64,000 nucleotides of DNA. Origin: Salpingoeca rosetta. Lineage: Eukaryota; Protista; Choanoflagellata. Both the position numbers and the translations under genes were made by a program. Of the stretch, positions 1 to 23,781 are shown in pieces; the first letter of the stretch is position 1, and each line of letters opens with the position of its first letter. The stretch is from assembly GCA_033442325.1 (NCBI GenBank), contig JAWQFM010000030.1, forward strand, positions 240,450 to 304,449. The letters run 5' to 3'. The notes under the pieces were generated by a model. That model was not told the DNA's origin and made no database searches. It saw nothing but the letters and a program-made list of their open reading frames with translations.

Positions 1-9
1 TCTGCACAG

Positions 10-1254
10 ACCGGGTTTGTGGCCGATGTGGCTGGCGACCGGCCAGGCACCGCGGCTGCTGTGCGCTTCCTCACAGACACGGACTTTGAGGGCAAGGGCA
101 TCATTCTGAATCGTGACGACAAGGACTGGTGGGCCATCACCCTGGCTGTGGACGGCACGATTGACGTTGTTGTGTCGCCGTGGTTCGCCCTGTCCCGCAC
201 CCCCGGCAACAACTTGGACGTGAAGCTGACGCTGTACGACAGCGCGTCGAGCGAGGTGGACGCCGCAAACCCCTCCTCCTTTACGGAGGCCACCATCCAA
301 ACGGCGCTGTTGCCTGCAGGCACGTACTACCTCGAAGTTGACGGCACGTACGACGGCAGCGTCATCACGTCCGATTATGGCTCTGCTGGCCAGTATTTCA
401 TCAGCGGCAGCATCTCCCCGGGCCCGCGCACCACCGTCACGTACACCCCGCTCCCAACATCCACCACGACGCAGGTGGGCTGCAGCAACGACGAGTACGA
501 GCCAAACAACCACTTCCAGGACGCCACTGCGCTGCCGCTTGGCGACACGGCGTTCTCCGCGCACCTGTGCCCTGGCGAGGCTGATTGGTACCGCACGCGC
601 GTGTGTCCTGGCGGCTCCCTCAGCATCAGCATCACGTTTGGCACGGGCGACTTTGACGCCTTCCTGTTCTCCCCTGACGGCACATATGTTGCCGTGGGCG
701 CAACAGACACGCCCAACGAGCTCGTGGCGTACACGGACAGCGGCTACGGCGGGTTCTACTATCTGGAGGTGTTCCCTTACTCTGGCAGCGGCGGTTACGA
801 GGTGGCCGTCACCATCACCGGCTGCGACTTCAGCACGACAACGAGCGTGGCCACCACAAGCGCGTTCCCACCGCTCACGTGCCCGGAGAACGACCAGTAC
901 GAGAACAACAACAAGAAGCGTCGCGCCTCTGACATCCCTCTCTCCACCACCATCTATGCCATCGCCTGCGAGACGGAGCAGGACTGGTACAAGCTTGAGA
1001 CGTGCAAGGGCGCGACCGTGACTGCGACCATTGAGATTGAGCCCAGCACCGTCGGCGACATCAACTTGTCCATTCGCAACCGCCGTGGCAAGCAGGTGTC
1101 CCTCACGCGCCTTCGCAATGGCGAGACGAGCGGTGTTGTCACCACCACGGCAGGTAGGAACGGCAACCACTATGTCACCATCGCCAGCAAGGACGGCAAG
1201 AACCCCATCTACAGCCTTGTTGTTGAGACAACAGAAACACCCCCATGCTCATAA
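10..1254 (+). CDS. Last exon of a probably secreted protein with three bacterial-type pre-peptidase C-terminal (PPC-like) domains; likely peptidase C-terminus (5' part outside window)
   Basis: Acceptor cacag at 5-9, open frame to TAA at 1254. Repeated PPC hallmarks: DxDWW/DWY, LDVKLTLYD, AGTYYLEV, SDYGSAGQY, DEYEPNN/DQYENNN; Thr-rich linkers between domains. Confidence 0.7.
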   Translation, partial: TGFVADVAGDRPGTAAAVRFLTDTDFEGKGIILNRDDKDWWAITLAVDGTIDVVVSPWFALSRTPGNNLDVKLTLYDSASSEVDAANPSSFTEATIQTALLPAGTYYLEVDGTYDGSVITSDYGSAGQYFISGSISPGPRTTVTYTPLPTSTTTQVGCSNDEYEPNNHFQDATALPLGDTAFSAHLCPGEADWYRTRVCPGGSLSISITFGTGDFDAFLFSPDGTYVAVGATDTPNELVAYTDSGYGGFYYLEVFPYSGSGGYEVAVTITGCDFSTTTSVATTSAFPPLTCPENDQYENNNKKRRASDIPLSTTIYAIACETEQDWYKLETCKGATVTATIEIEPSTVGDINLSIRNRRGKQVSLTRLRNGETSGVVTTTAGRNGNHYVTIASKDGKNPIYSLVVETTETPPCS

Positions 1255-1694
1255 ACACAGGGAGAGAGAGGGTGTGTGATGTGTGATGTTTGTGTGATGT
1301 GTGATGTTTTGTGTGTGTGTGTAAATGTGTGTGTGTGGCATGAACTCCAGATTGCGTGTCACATCACAACGTGCGGTTGCTTGTTGAAGTGTTCTGTTGA
1401 TTGTGTGGCTTTCCCCTCCCATCTTTGTTTTGCTTCCGTTCCTCCCTTCCGTTACTTGACTACGTGAGTGCATGTTCAGTTCTCTCTTGTTCTGTTTCAA
1501 GCAAGAAGACTCCAATACAGATCTTGTGTGGGAAGAAGAAATGCGCAAGCGACGCGACAAACACAAGTGAGTGAGAGGTGAGGGAAGGAGAAGGGGGGGG
1601 AGAGGGTGAAGGCGTGGAAGGGAAGAGAGGAAAGGTGTCTTCTGCAAGCTTGCAAAGCGTTTGGGCAAGGCAAACAAACCACACGAACACACCA

Positions 1695-1709
1695 TTTGAA
1701 TTTGGCGGC
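1695..1709 (+). promoter_or_regulatory. Candidate CHR/E2F-like promoter element TTTGAATTTGGCGGC
   Basis: About 275 bp upstream of the kinesin ATG; the identical 15-mer occurs at 52038-52052. Confidence 0.4.
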
Positions 1710-1878
1710 AGTTTTTGATGTTGTTGGGAAGACGACACACAAACAACAGCCGATACGAAAGCAGAAGAGGTGTGGAGGAAGGAAGGAGAGGTTGAGGACG
1801 TGCGAAGAGAAGCACGCCACCACCAGCCAGAGAGTGTGTGTGGACAAGGACACAAGCAGGAGAAAGAGACAGAGAGCG

Positions 1879-1913
<35 letters not shown>

Positions 1914-1983
1914 CACGCAACGGCTGCGTGTGTGCGTGTGTGCGTGCGCGTGAGTGGCGTGTGCCTTGAGCAGGGGCGGCACT

Positions 1984-14105
<12,122 letters not shown>

Positions 14106-14170
14106 TGATGCGTTTGCTTTTTGAGATCGATCGTAGCTGGGAGAGGTAGGAAGGATGATTTGACAACAAA

Positions 14171-14244
<74 letters not shown>

Positions 14245-14436
14245 CACTGCGAGGTACCACAAGATCTGTCCAACAGCCCATTACCTGTCGACGTCCAATT
14301 GCTGGTATCCTAAACGTTCACCGTATCAAAAGCTATTCTAGGATGCCGCGGGTAGAATAATAGCAGATTTTGGTCAAGGCACATCGTCCACAATCAGGTC
14401 CGTTCAAGGGTGTTGCCCGGCATGTTAGTACACAAC

Positions 14437-14509
<73 letters not shown>

Positions 14510-15239
14510 CCTCACACGCGCCCACTTCACATGATGTTGACTTCTTCATTGCAGCATCTGCACGACGACGAAAGTCCCACGCGTGGTCTTGAGAATGAAC
14601 AAAGCACACTCGTGCACCAGGTTCTCGGTCTTTGTTCTTCTCGTCGTTGTTTCCTGTCCTTCCTTTTTTGATGCTTTCTTTGCAGGCTTCATTTTTTTCC
14701 TGTCTTTCTGTTCTGTCTGTTCATACTTTGCCAAGTGCGCTCTCTGGCGTGCTTGCTTGCAACGAAGCTACTTCAGCTGTTCATACACCACCATTACACA
14801 AGATACCACTATCGCTATCATCATCATCAGCAGCAGCAGCATCAGCATGCTGCCTGAAGAGGAATGACCTCGGAGGAAGATGAGAAAGAGAGGTGTCACA
14901 TGCTGCTTCATCTTGTCTCGTACTTGCTGTGTCTTGTCTTTCTTCTTCATTCATGTATTTGTTTGAGTTGTACGTTTTGTTTGTGATTTGAATGGCGAAA
15001 ACGAAGCACACGTACGCGACACAAACGACAACGACGCTGAGGTGGAACGCCTGAACAGAACAGACTTTCAGCAGTCATCAACGAAGATCCCACACAAGGT
15101 TGTGTTTGGAAAGGGGGGATGTTGCTGGTGAGGACGGCCTTGAAACGTTGGCGGTTGCCGCAGTCGTGCTTTGCTGTTTTGAGATGCACACGGATGCCAC
15201 AGTGGCGCAGTCAGGGAGGATGAGGCTGTATTGCGGCGA

Positions 15240-16090
15240 CTAATCCTGCTTCCTCTCAGGGCGGCGGGCCTCCGCTTCGACGTGAATGCGCGCCGCGATG
15301 GACAAGATAACGCTGATGCGCTTGTCCGACGCTTCAGGGTCGCAGATCAGCTTGCTGAATTCGGCGTGCAATGTGGGAACTGCAACACCTCGCACTCTGT
15401 CGTGTTCCTCTTGTTCCAGACGCTCGAAGAAGCTGTGCAAAGCGTCTCTGTCGTCATACTCATCGATGAGCTTGAGGAGCTCATTCAGGGTCGAGGCCTC
15501 GTCTTCTGCAATTGCACGACAACATCGGCACCGGAACAAGCGATGAAACAAGAGGTGGAATGAGATAAATGGGGACAATCCAATTCAAAGCCAGACAAGC
15601 TGGACTACTCGCACACGCACACACATACAAACAAGCGCTTGAACTCACCAGCCCCCTCTTCGTCAGGCTTGAGGTCAACTGTCTCTGCTGGTGTCGCCAT
15701 GTCAAGTTCACGGTGAGAAATGGCATCTTGTGATACTTCACCTGTTCAACAACCAAGCAATCACACAGGCATGTGCACACACGCACATACACACACAAAG
15801 CAGTCATGCCTTTCACATGAGAACTACGGCACCAAATCGTGATCTCATATGAAATATGCGACGTCCGACATTCATAGATGAAATGCCAGCACAAACCACA
15901 TTCTCAAGAAAGTAACCAGATGACACACACACACACACACACCTTTGCTTTTCTTAGAACTGGCAGAATCGCTCTGTGGTAGGCGCTTGTTGTTGGTCCT
16001 CCCCAGTTTGGTTGGGACGGAATGTGTGGCGTGTCCGCTGATGGCGTGCTGTTCGCCATCTTGGCGCATTGCCATGATGAGGTCGCTCAT
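15240..16090 (-). CDS. Three-exon orphan protein (~170 aa) with an acidic helical C-terminus
   Basis: MSDLIMAM...KKSK G|gt, ag|EVSQDAISH...DEEGA G|gtgagt and ag|EDEASTLNELLKLIDEYDD...RKQD* join through phase-1 junctions. No recognisable domain. Confidence 0.5.
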
Positions 16091-17194
16091 GATTGTCGCG
16101 CGTTGCGTGTTTGTTCGCCGCGACAAGCAAATGGTAGCAAGGGGTAAAGGCGGGTGAGTGGTCGTTGTAGCTTGGTCTTGACGTTTGCACTTGCCACTGT
16201 TGATTGTGGATGCAGAGCGCAGATGAGGAAATGAAGCGACGGCACAGAGACACGCAACCACACCACAGCCCTGGCGTGGAAAGAAGTGGTCCTAAGAATC
16301 CGTTACGTGCAAAGGTTTTGCTCTTCCTGCAATTATTTCTACCGTGTTTGACGCAAGCAACAGCTCATGCCGCGCGGTGAGAATCCGTCACTTTCCCAGT
16401 TTGGAACAGATGTCATCAGGTATCAAAAAAGGAGTGAGCCAATTCCGACTTCGTCACCGTGGCCAAATTCTGCCTCGACACCTCCTGCTTGAGAACATCG
16501 CTTTGATACCCGGGCAACCACAGAGGGGGAAAACAAGCTCTAAGTGCATGTGGGCAAGGAAGGGTGGATATGGAAGTTATCTTTTGAAAGCTGTGACATG
16601 GACGGCATTGCACAGTAGAGCTGGCATTGTTTCGTGTTCCCAAGTAGCCATTCACATGTCACAGCTGACGATGGAAGATTTCGGACCTTCGCAACCCAAC
16701 TACAAAGGTTCGAGAAAAAAAAGTGCTGGAAGTGTTTCCCACCCGAAGGTTGCAGAAGCCGTCCTGAGCGGTGTGTGTGTTTGTGCGTGTGTCTGTGTGC
16801 GTGTGTCTGTGTGCGTGTGTGTGTCAGCTTGTTGTTTGTGAGCTTGTCAACAAGCAGCCTGTCCTTGCCCTGAACAGACACAGTGCAAGCATACACAAGC
16901 CACAACAGCACAACTCGAAAGCGAAAACTCGTATCGGCCTTTCTGTCGTCTGTGTGTGACCACACAGACACACAACGATCAACACCACGAATAACCTGCA
17001 CCATAAACACGCAACCCTCTCTTTACAAACAGCACAATCAACAGGCAAGCAAGGTAGGGCAGACTCAATCAATCAATACAATCAATCTAGTATCGGCCAG
17101 TGGAGTCACTGCTAGCGTGCCGCCTCGCCTGTCATTCGTGCTGCGACGACCAAAACGCCCATCGGTGACCAACCTCTTGCTACCACGAGCCGCT

Positions 17195-18108
17195 ATGAGT
17201 GAAACCAGCGATCAAGGTACAGGTGCCGCTTGTGTGCTCTTGTTTGCATCAAGCTTCCATTATGCCTCTTCTGTGAGACAAATGACTGTTGCCGCTTCTC
17301 GTCATCTTCTTCATACAACCGCCTGCTTCTCGACTTGGTTGTAGTGAGGGCAGTTATAGCTGACTGGGATGGTCGACATGACAACACCAAGGGTCGTGAG
17401 GCTAAAGCACATCATGCGCATCAAACATTTCGATATGCAGCACCACTCTCAACCCTTTCCGGTGGTCGCGGGGTGGTGACGCTGGCAACTACTCGCGTTC
17501 CTCCCACGCCACTGCCGTCTCTTCTTGTTGACGGCAATGACGGGTTTGAATTTACGTCGTACCTCCAAGCTGTTCACATTCGCTCGGCCACACTCCAGCC
17601 TTCCCGTCATGCCGACGCGCTTGCACGAACGATCCGCCCCGAGAAGATGGCTGCATTTCGAAGAATCATAAAACAATATGTTGCCTCGAGTGGAGACACA
17701 GCCGCCCCAGCGTGGCGGATTGTGAGAGATGACGAGCGCCGCCTTGCGAGTGTCACACCAAACAGGTTTCTCGTTGTCTCCAATAGGAAGCTTCTCAAAG
17801 ACCATGGCTTTGTGTATGCCCTCCCCCTGGACCACCGCGGCAGGCACAGGACTGACGCCTTCTACACACTGGATCATCGCGAACGCCGTGAGGATCTCTG
17901 CATCGATTTGCTCTTGATTCACGCTACAGCAGCATTTCATATTATCCGCCCTGTAACCTGGATACGTTCATATTCATCTCATTTCCGTCACACATCGCGG
18001 TACAACTGTCTCACAGAGCTCAACGGTATCCAAGGCAACCCAGAAAAACAAAGCATTCGCCGCGACGCCCACGCTCAAGTCAAGCGCATGCTTGGCCTGA
18101 AGTCTTGA
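17195..18108 (+). CDS. Two-exon hypothetical protein (~260 aa) with a PemK/MazF-like motif
   Basis: ATG 17195 (MSETSDQ), phase-1 intron to acceptor ttgtag at ~17344, then a non-repetitive open frame to TGA 18108. Contains NRFLVVSNRKLLKDHGFVYALPL. Confidence 0.55.
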
Positions 18109-18565
18109 AGTGAACTTCGTCGCACCCTTCCCATCCTTGCGTTCCCCTGCACCCCTGTGCCTTTTGTGTTTGTTGCCCAATCTGATGATGTCTTTCACCG
18201 AATCTGCCCGAAATGGTGTTTGTTCTTTTCTGGACATGTCATTCACCCCTCCTCACTTGTTGGTTGCACTGTGGAACCATCCGTCCAATGTACTTGAGAT
18301 GTGTCATTTGTTTGTACTTGTGCTCTGTTTCAGCTCGTGCACTCGTGTCATGCTCCTGTATCAGTCGTACCTGTGTTCCCGTCTTGCCTCAATTGCTTGA
18401 CTATCAGTCTGTCGACTCTGCCCACCCCTCCCACCTTTGTCTCTTCACGGTCACTGCTACCTCTCCTTCCCGCCCGCCTTCGTGTTCATTCATGTCTTTA
18501 TGTTTAGTCCCTTCCTGCCTCGACCTCGACTCCTAAGCCCGCATGCGCCTGTTTGCTCTCCCCAG

Positions 18566-18596
<31 letters not shown>

Positions 18597-19036
18597 GCAA
18601 TTGACCCTCAATTCATTCACGCTCGCAGTTCATTTCAATCCACCACAACGCCATGTCGCCTTCACTCCAGTCATCGATCGTGATCTTCAATACACTTAGC
18701 CCATTCACACAAAACCAAGCGGCAAAACGCAGGCAGCAAGCAAACAATCATGGCCAAACACCACAGCGCGCGGAAGGTGCAGTCGTAACACAAGGAAGGA
18801 AAAAAAAGGAGAGAGGAAAGAAAACAGCGCAGTCGCATCACCCATCACAGCATCACACCACACTACCACACGAACCATCAATCAATCAACCGACCAACCC
18901 ACAAAACGCAGACAGCAGCAGTGTAGTCCAACACACGCACAAACCAAGAAGAGAAGGTATCTGTCTAATCATTTTCCCACCACCACCACCACCACCACCA
19001 CAACAACAACAACAACAACGTGCCCCCCCCACCCCA

Positions 19037-19587
19037 TCACTTCTTCTGCTTGGCGCGCTTCGTTGCACCACCACTGCCGCCACCGCGTCGCTTGCCGCCA
19101 CCGCCACGGCCACTGCCACCACGACCAGCACCGCCACGGCGCTTGTTGCCGCGTGCACCGCCCTTGCTGTGGCCGCCGCTGCTGCCATCCACGCTGCCCT
19201 CCGATGGCGCGTCTGTGCGGATCACGGTTTCCGTCGCTGCAAGCAGGTCTGTGTCGTCCACGCGCGACGTACCGAGCGAGCTGCCTGGGAGGGTGAGGTT
19301 GCGGGCCTTGCGCGTGCGTGTGCGTCTGCCCGGCGCCCCGTACGGCGATGGCGCCGGCTGGAGATGAAGCTCACCGCCACTCGGGACATCAGACGATGCA
19401 CTGGACTGCTGCTGCTGCTGCTGCTGTTGCTGTTGACTGCGCAGGGCGGACGACGATGATGAGGCCGCAGCAGCGGCCTCGTCCACTGATGCACGGAGAG
19501 GGAACAAACGAGATGATAGGGGAATGTGAAGGGGTGGGGGAAGGAAGAGATGAGCTGTGAGAGCGCTTCTTGCTTGCGTCATGGACA

Positions 19588-19627
<40 letters not shown>

Positions 19628-22600
19628 CACGCACGCACACGCACGCACGCACACACACACACACACACACACGAAGATACTCACGGCTGAAGCGGCGCGG
19701 GGAAAAGGAGGAAAATCCGAGCGGGGAGTAGAGGTAGTTTGTGAAAGGCGATGGCTGGCCAATCAAGAACTGGGGTGACGCGAGCAGGATGGAGGGGTGA
19801 CCCGTGCCATCGCCGCTTGGGGAGCGCAGCTGCTTCTGTGGCGTCACGCTGCCGGTCTGCGCGCTGGTGCCGGCGAGCGGGCTGAACGGAGGATGAAACG
19901 AAGACTGCAGACACACGATTATGTCAGCAAGCGGGGTGTGCGTGTGTGCGTGTGTGTGTGAGAGAGGCGGTGGCGGAGGGATGATGAAAGGAAAAGCACG
20001 TGCATGCATGTCAACACAGGTGCGATCGATGCTTTGACAGAACATAAAATAAAAATAAGTATAGCAGAATTGTAGCTCGTGCTGTGCAGGTCCGAGCATG
20101 TGAAAGCTCATCCCAATTGCAAATGTACTGAATGGCGGGCGTTACTTACCAAATCAGGCGTGGCAAATGCCTCAAACGCGGTGGGTGAGTTGAGGTTGAT
20201 GGCAGGGAGACTTCCAGTCTGTGTTCGTGCGTGTGTACGTGTGCGTGAGTGTGGATGGATATGCAGACGAGCACGAGCAAAACAAAGGCACGACCAGAAG
20301 CGAGCACTGCGCAACACCGCAAACTACACCGCACCACACAACACATTACACAATACACACAATACATTACACACAGACACGCGCCTACCTTGAGCGGCGA
20401 GAACATCTCTGGGAAGAAAGCAGCGGGAAGGCGCGCTTGATCTGCAGCCAAGAGCACACACGTTGTGAGCACTCGAAGCCCGCAGCGCAGTTGCATAGCA
20501 TACCTACACTTTCACCCCCCCCCTCACACACGCACACAAACAACACGTCGCGCACCTTGTGCATTTGATGTCTTCGGCGGAGACTTGGGAGCGTCGTCGC
20601 CTTCTTGTTGCTGCTGCTGTGGTGATGATGATGAGTCATTGGTTACGTTTGGCGTTGGCGGCGCCTGCAACTGGCCGCTGTCCCACGCCTGATAGTAATG
20701 ACGACAGCAACAATGACACATGTGCGCCAGTGGTGATCCGGGGTGAGGAACGGAGGACAAAGACAAGTTGTACGGGAGGGGATGCAGTCGTGAAGAGCGT
20801 GATGACCACGGCTGCCTTCAAGTCACGCACAGACAAACAGACAAAGGAGTGCGTGCACATACACGCACGCACCTGCTGAAGAAATTGCATGCACTGGGCG
20901 TGTGCGTTTGCATCCGGGGGGCGAAGCGGTGACGGCCCGGTCATGTTGAGCGCAGACGCCAGCGACGGTGGCTGGAACCCTGCTGGTGTGGTGGGTCAAC
21001 ACATACGCGTGCGTGCGTGAGTGAGTGAGTGAGTGAGTGAGTGAGTGAGTGAGTGAGTGAGTGAGTGTGTGTGTGAGTGAGTGTGTGAGAGTGAGTGTGT
21101 GTGTGTGTGTGTGTGCGTGAGCGAGTGAGTGAGTGAGTGTGTGTGTGTACAGTTGCGGTTTTGTAACGGCTGCATCTCACCACATCAGACATCAGCAGCG
21201 CATGGCATGTGTGGTATTTACCATGTGGTTGCGGTGGTGGAGGAGGAAGCGTAGATCCTGTCCATCCAACAAGCAAACACAACACACAATAATGTGAACA
21301 TGAGCAATGCGAAGGCGACAAAATACGTCCTCCACCACCACCAAGAAACAAGTTTTGCTTCGCGTCTTTAGTTGACTCACCTGCTGTTTCATCCCTGTCT
21401 CTGCCGTCACCAGCAAAGAACGACTGCTTGCGTGACTGCGCACCATCTTCCTCTCCCACCACCGGCCTGTCCTGCTTGCGGTATTGCTCTCCAATGCGTG
21501 CAAGCATCGAGGATGCCTGTGAGTGCGACATCTGCCAGGGCACATTCGACTGTGCCCGCTCGCCCTGCTGTTGCCCTGCCTCCATTGCTTCACGTCCATG
21601 TGCCGCCGCTGTTTGGCTATCTGATACTGTTGCTGCCGATGCAGATGCGGAAGCAGCAGCCGTTGTCCCAGTCACCGAACCGTGTGTTTGTGTCGGCCCG
21701 TAGGCCTGCCCGGCACCCATGCCTTGCATCTGTGCGAGCAACGAGGCAACAACGGCCAAGTTCTGCGCCTGTTGCGGTGCCGGCTGCGGTGCATTCTGCT
21801 GCTGCAGACACAAAGAACACCCATGGGGATTGCATGCATGCACGAAAGTGGTGCGATGAGCGACACATTCGAAGCGAAGGCTTCGATTGACAACTATTGC
21901 TGTCGTTGGCAGCGCGCGCACACACACACACACACAGGCACACAGGCACACACACACACACGCGCACACACACACAGGCACACGCGCACATGCAGAGCAC
22001 CACTCACCCCTCCTTGCATGTGCTGATAAATGAGGCGGAGGTGGTTGGCAACCTGGAACAAGCGCAGCCCAATACGAAGAGAAGCAACAGCGGTCAGCAA
22101 CAAGCAGAGAACCACCACTCTTTTGCCTGCAGGCAACCACACGTGCACTCGTCCATCTCCTTTGAGCACCACGTCTACAATAAACCAACCAACCAAGCAA
22201 ACAAACAACGCACCGATGGGCTGATGCCGTGCATCAGTGTCGCGTGCGCGCTCGTTGGATCCGCGCTGGTGTGACCGTTTCCGTTTGCAGTCGCTGCCGC
22301 AGCAGCTGGGGAAGTGTTGTTGTTGGTGTTGTTGTTGTTGTTGTTGGTGTTGTTGTTGTTGTTGTTGGTGGTGGCCAGGTGTCCGCTGCCGTTGGTGGAT
22401 GTGGTGGCGGAGAGAGACGATGAGGAGCCAAGGCCTCGATCCGTTGGTGCGGTAGAGGTCGACCTACGATCGCAGCAGCACAGCAGTGGTGGTGGAGGTG
22501 GTGGTTGCCGTGGTGGTTGTGAGTCGACAGCTTCGCAAGAAGATCGCGGGAACGGTGACACACATCATGTGCGGCACGTGCGTTGAAAGACGGTTGACAG

Positions 22601-22678
22601 ATGCATGCAATGCATCAAAAACTCACTGTTGTTGTTTTGTCTCCTCCCTGCAAGTTCACGTCCGATGAAGAGCGCATG

Positions 22679-22710
<32 letters not shown>

Positions 22711-23179
22711 TTCCAGGAAAGGTAAGTTCAAATATCCATGCTTGCAAGCAACCTGAAGGACATGACACCGTGAGCACGCCTGAAGACGTGCGCGCCTGCG
22801 ACATTGCAGACATTCAGTGGACGTACTCTTTGGCAAGTGGGGATACACCGAGCGCGGTGGTGGCGGTTGAAACAGAACTGCGAACGACAGCAGGTGGAGT
22901 TGCGTTCTGCACAGAGAGAGAGGGGGGGGGGGCGACATGGTGGGTGAATGTGTGAGAATGAGAATGAGAGTGTGTGAGAGTAAATGCGTTTGAATAAGAG
23001 TGTGTGAGAGAAACGCACGCACGCACGCACGCACAATAAAGGCACAACGTGAGCGTGGCGTGCGGTTGAGTGTCCAACAACCAAGCGCACATCATCCACA
23101 GCACGCGACACTCAACAACACGAACCGTGGTTGATGTGGCTGCGCTGTTGTGGGTGGGGGTCGTGGTTGTGGCGGACGG

Positions 23180-23217
<38 letters not shown>

Positions 23218-23711
23218 GATGATGTGTGACGGCGGTAGTCTGAGGGGAGAGCAGAGGCAGCCCCATCATCTGCGCCTGTGCACTCGACAGCGGCGTGGAT
23301 TGGTACCCTGCAGGCAACGCCGATTGGGGTGCAATTTGCGTGGGCCAGAGGATGACGAGGGAGGAGGTGGTGGTGGTGGTGGTGAGCATGGACAAATGGT
23401 AACAAGAAGTGGAAAGGTGGAACTTAAAGAAAAGGCCGAGCGTCAACACACAGACACACATGCCTCATTCATTTTTCGATACGCACTCTCGCACGCGTGC
23501 GCACTCCCCCAATTCCCTTTACACACGCACACACGCACGCACGCACGCACACACCTGCGGCGAGGAGTTGCTTTGTCATGTCTGACTGCGGCTGTCCGCT
23601 GCCAGCCGGTGGTGGCATCATGAACAGCTGCATCAGGTTTGGCGGCATCGTACGCGTCCGATCAGGACCAACCTGCATCATGGCAATGTGTGTGTGTGTG
23701 TGCGCGCGCGT

Positions 23712-23781
<70 letters not shown>

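Noticed and set aside
1600-1983. RFX X-box upstream of the kinesin gene
   Set aside because: No convincing GTTNCC-N(0-3)-RGYAAC match seen.
16344-16841. 165-aa ORF with a faint ubiquitin-like FRLRHRGQIL segment
   Set aside because: Match too short, and no convincing start or splice structure.
14250-18540. Defined transposon ends (TIR, LTR or Helitron hairpin) around the island
   Set aside because: No inverted or direct terminal repeats or target-site duplication found by eye.
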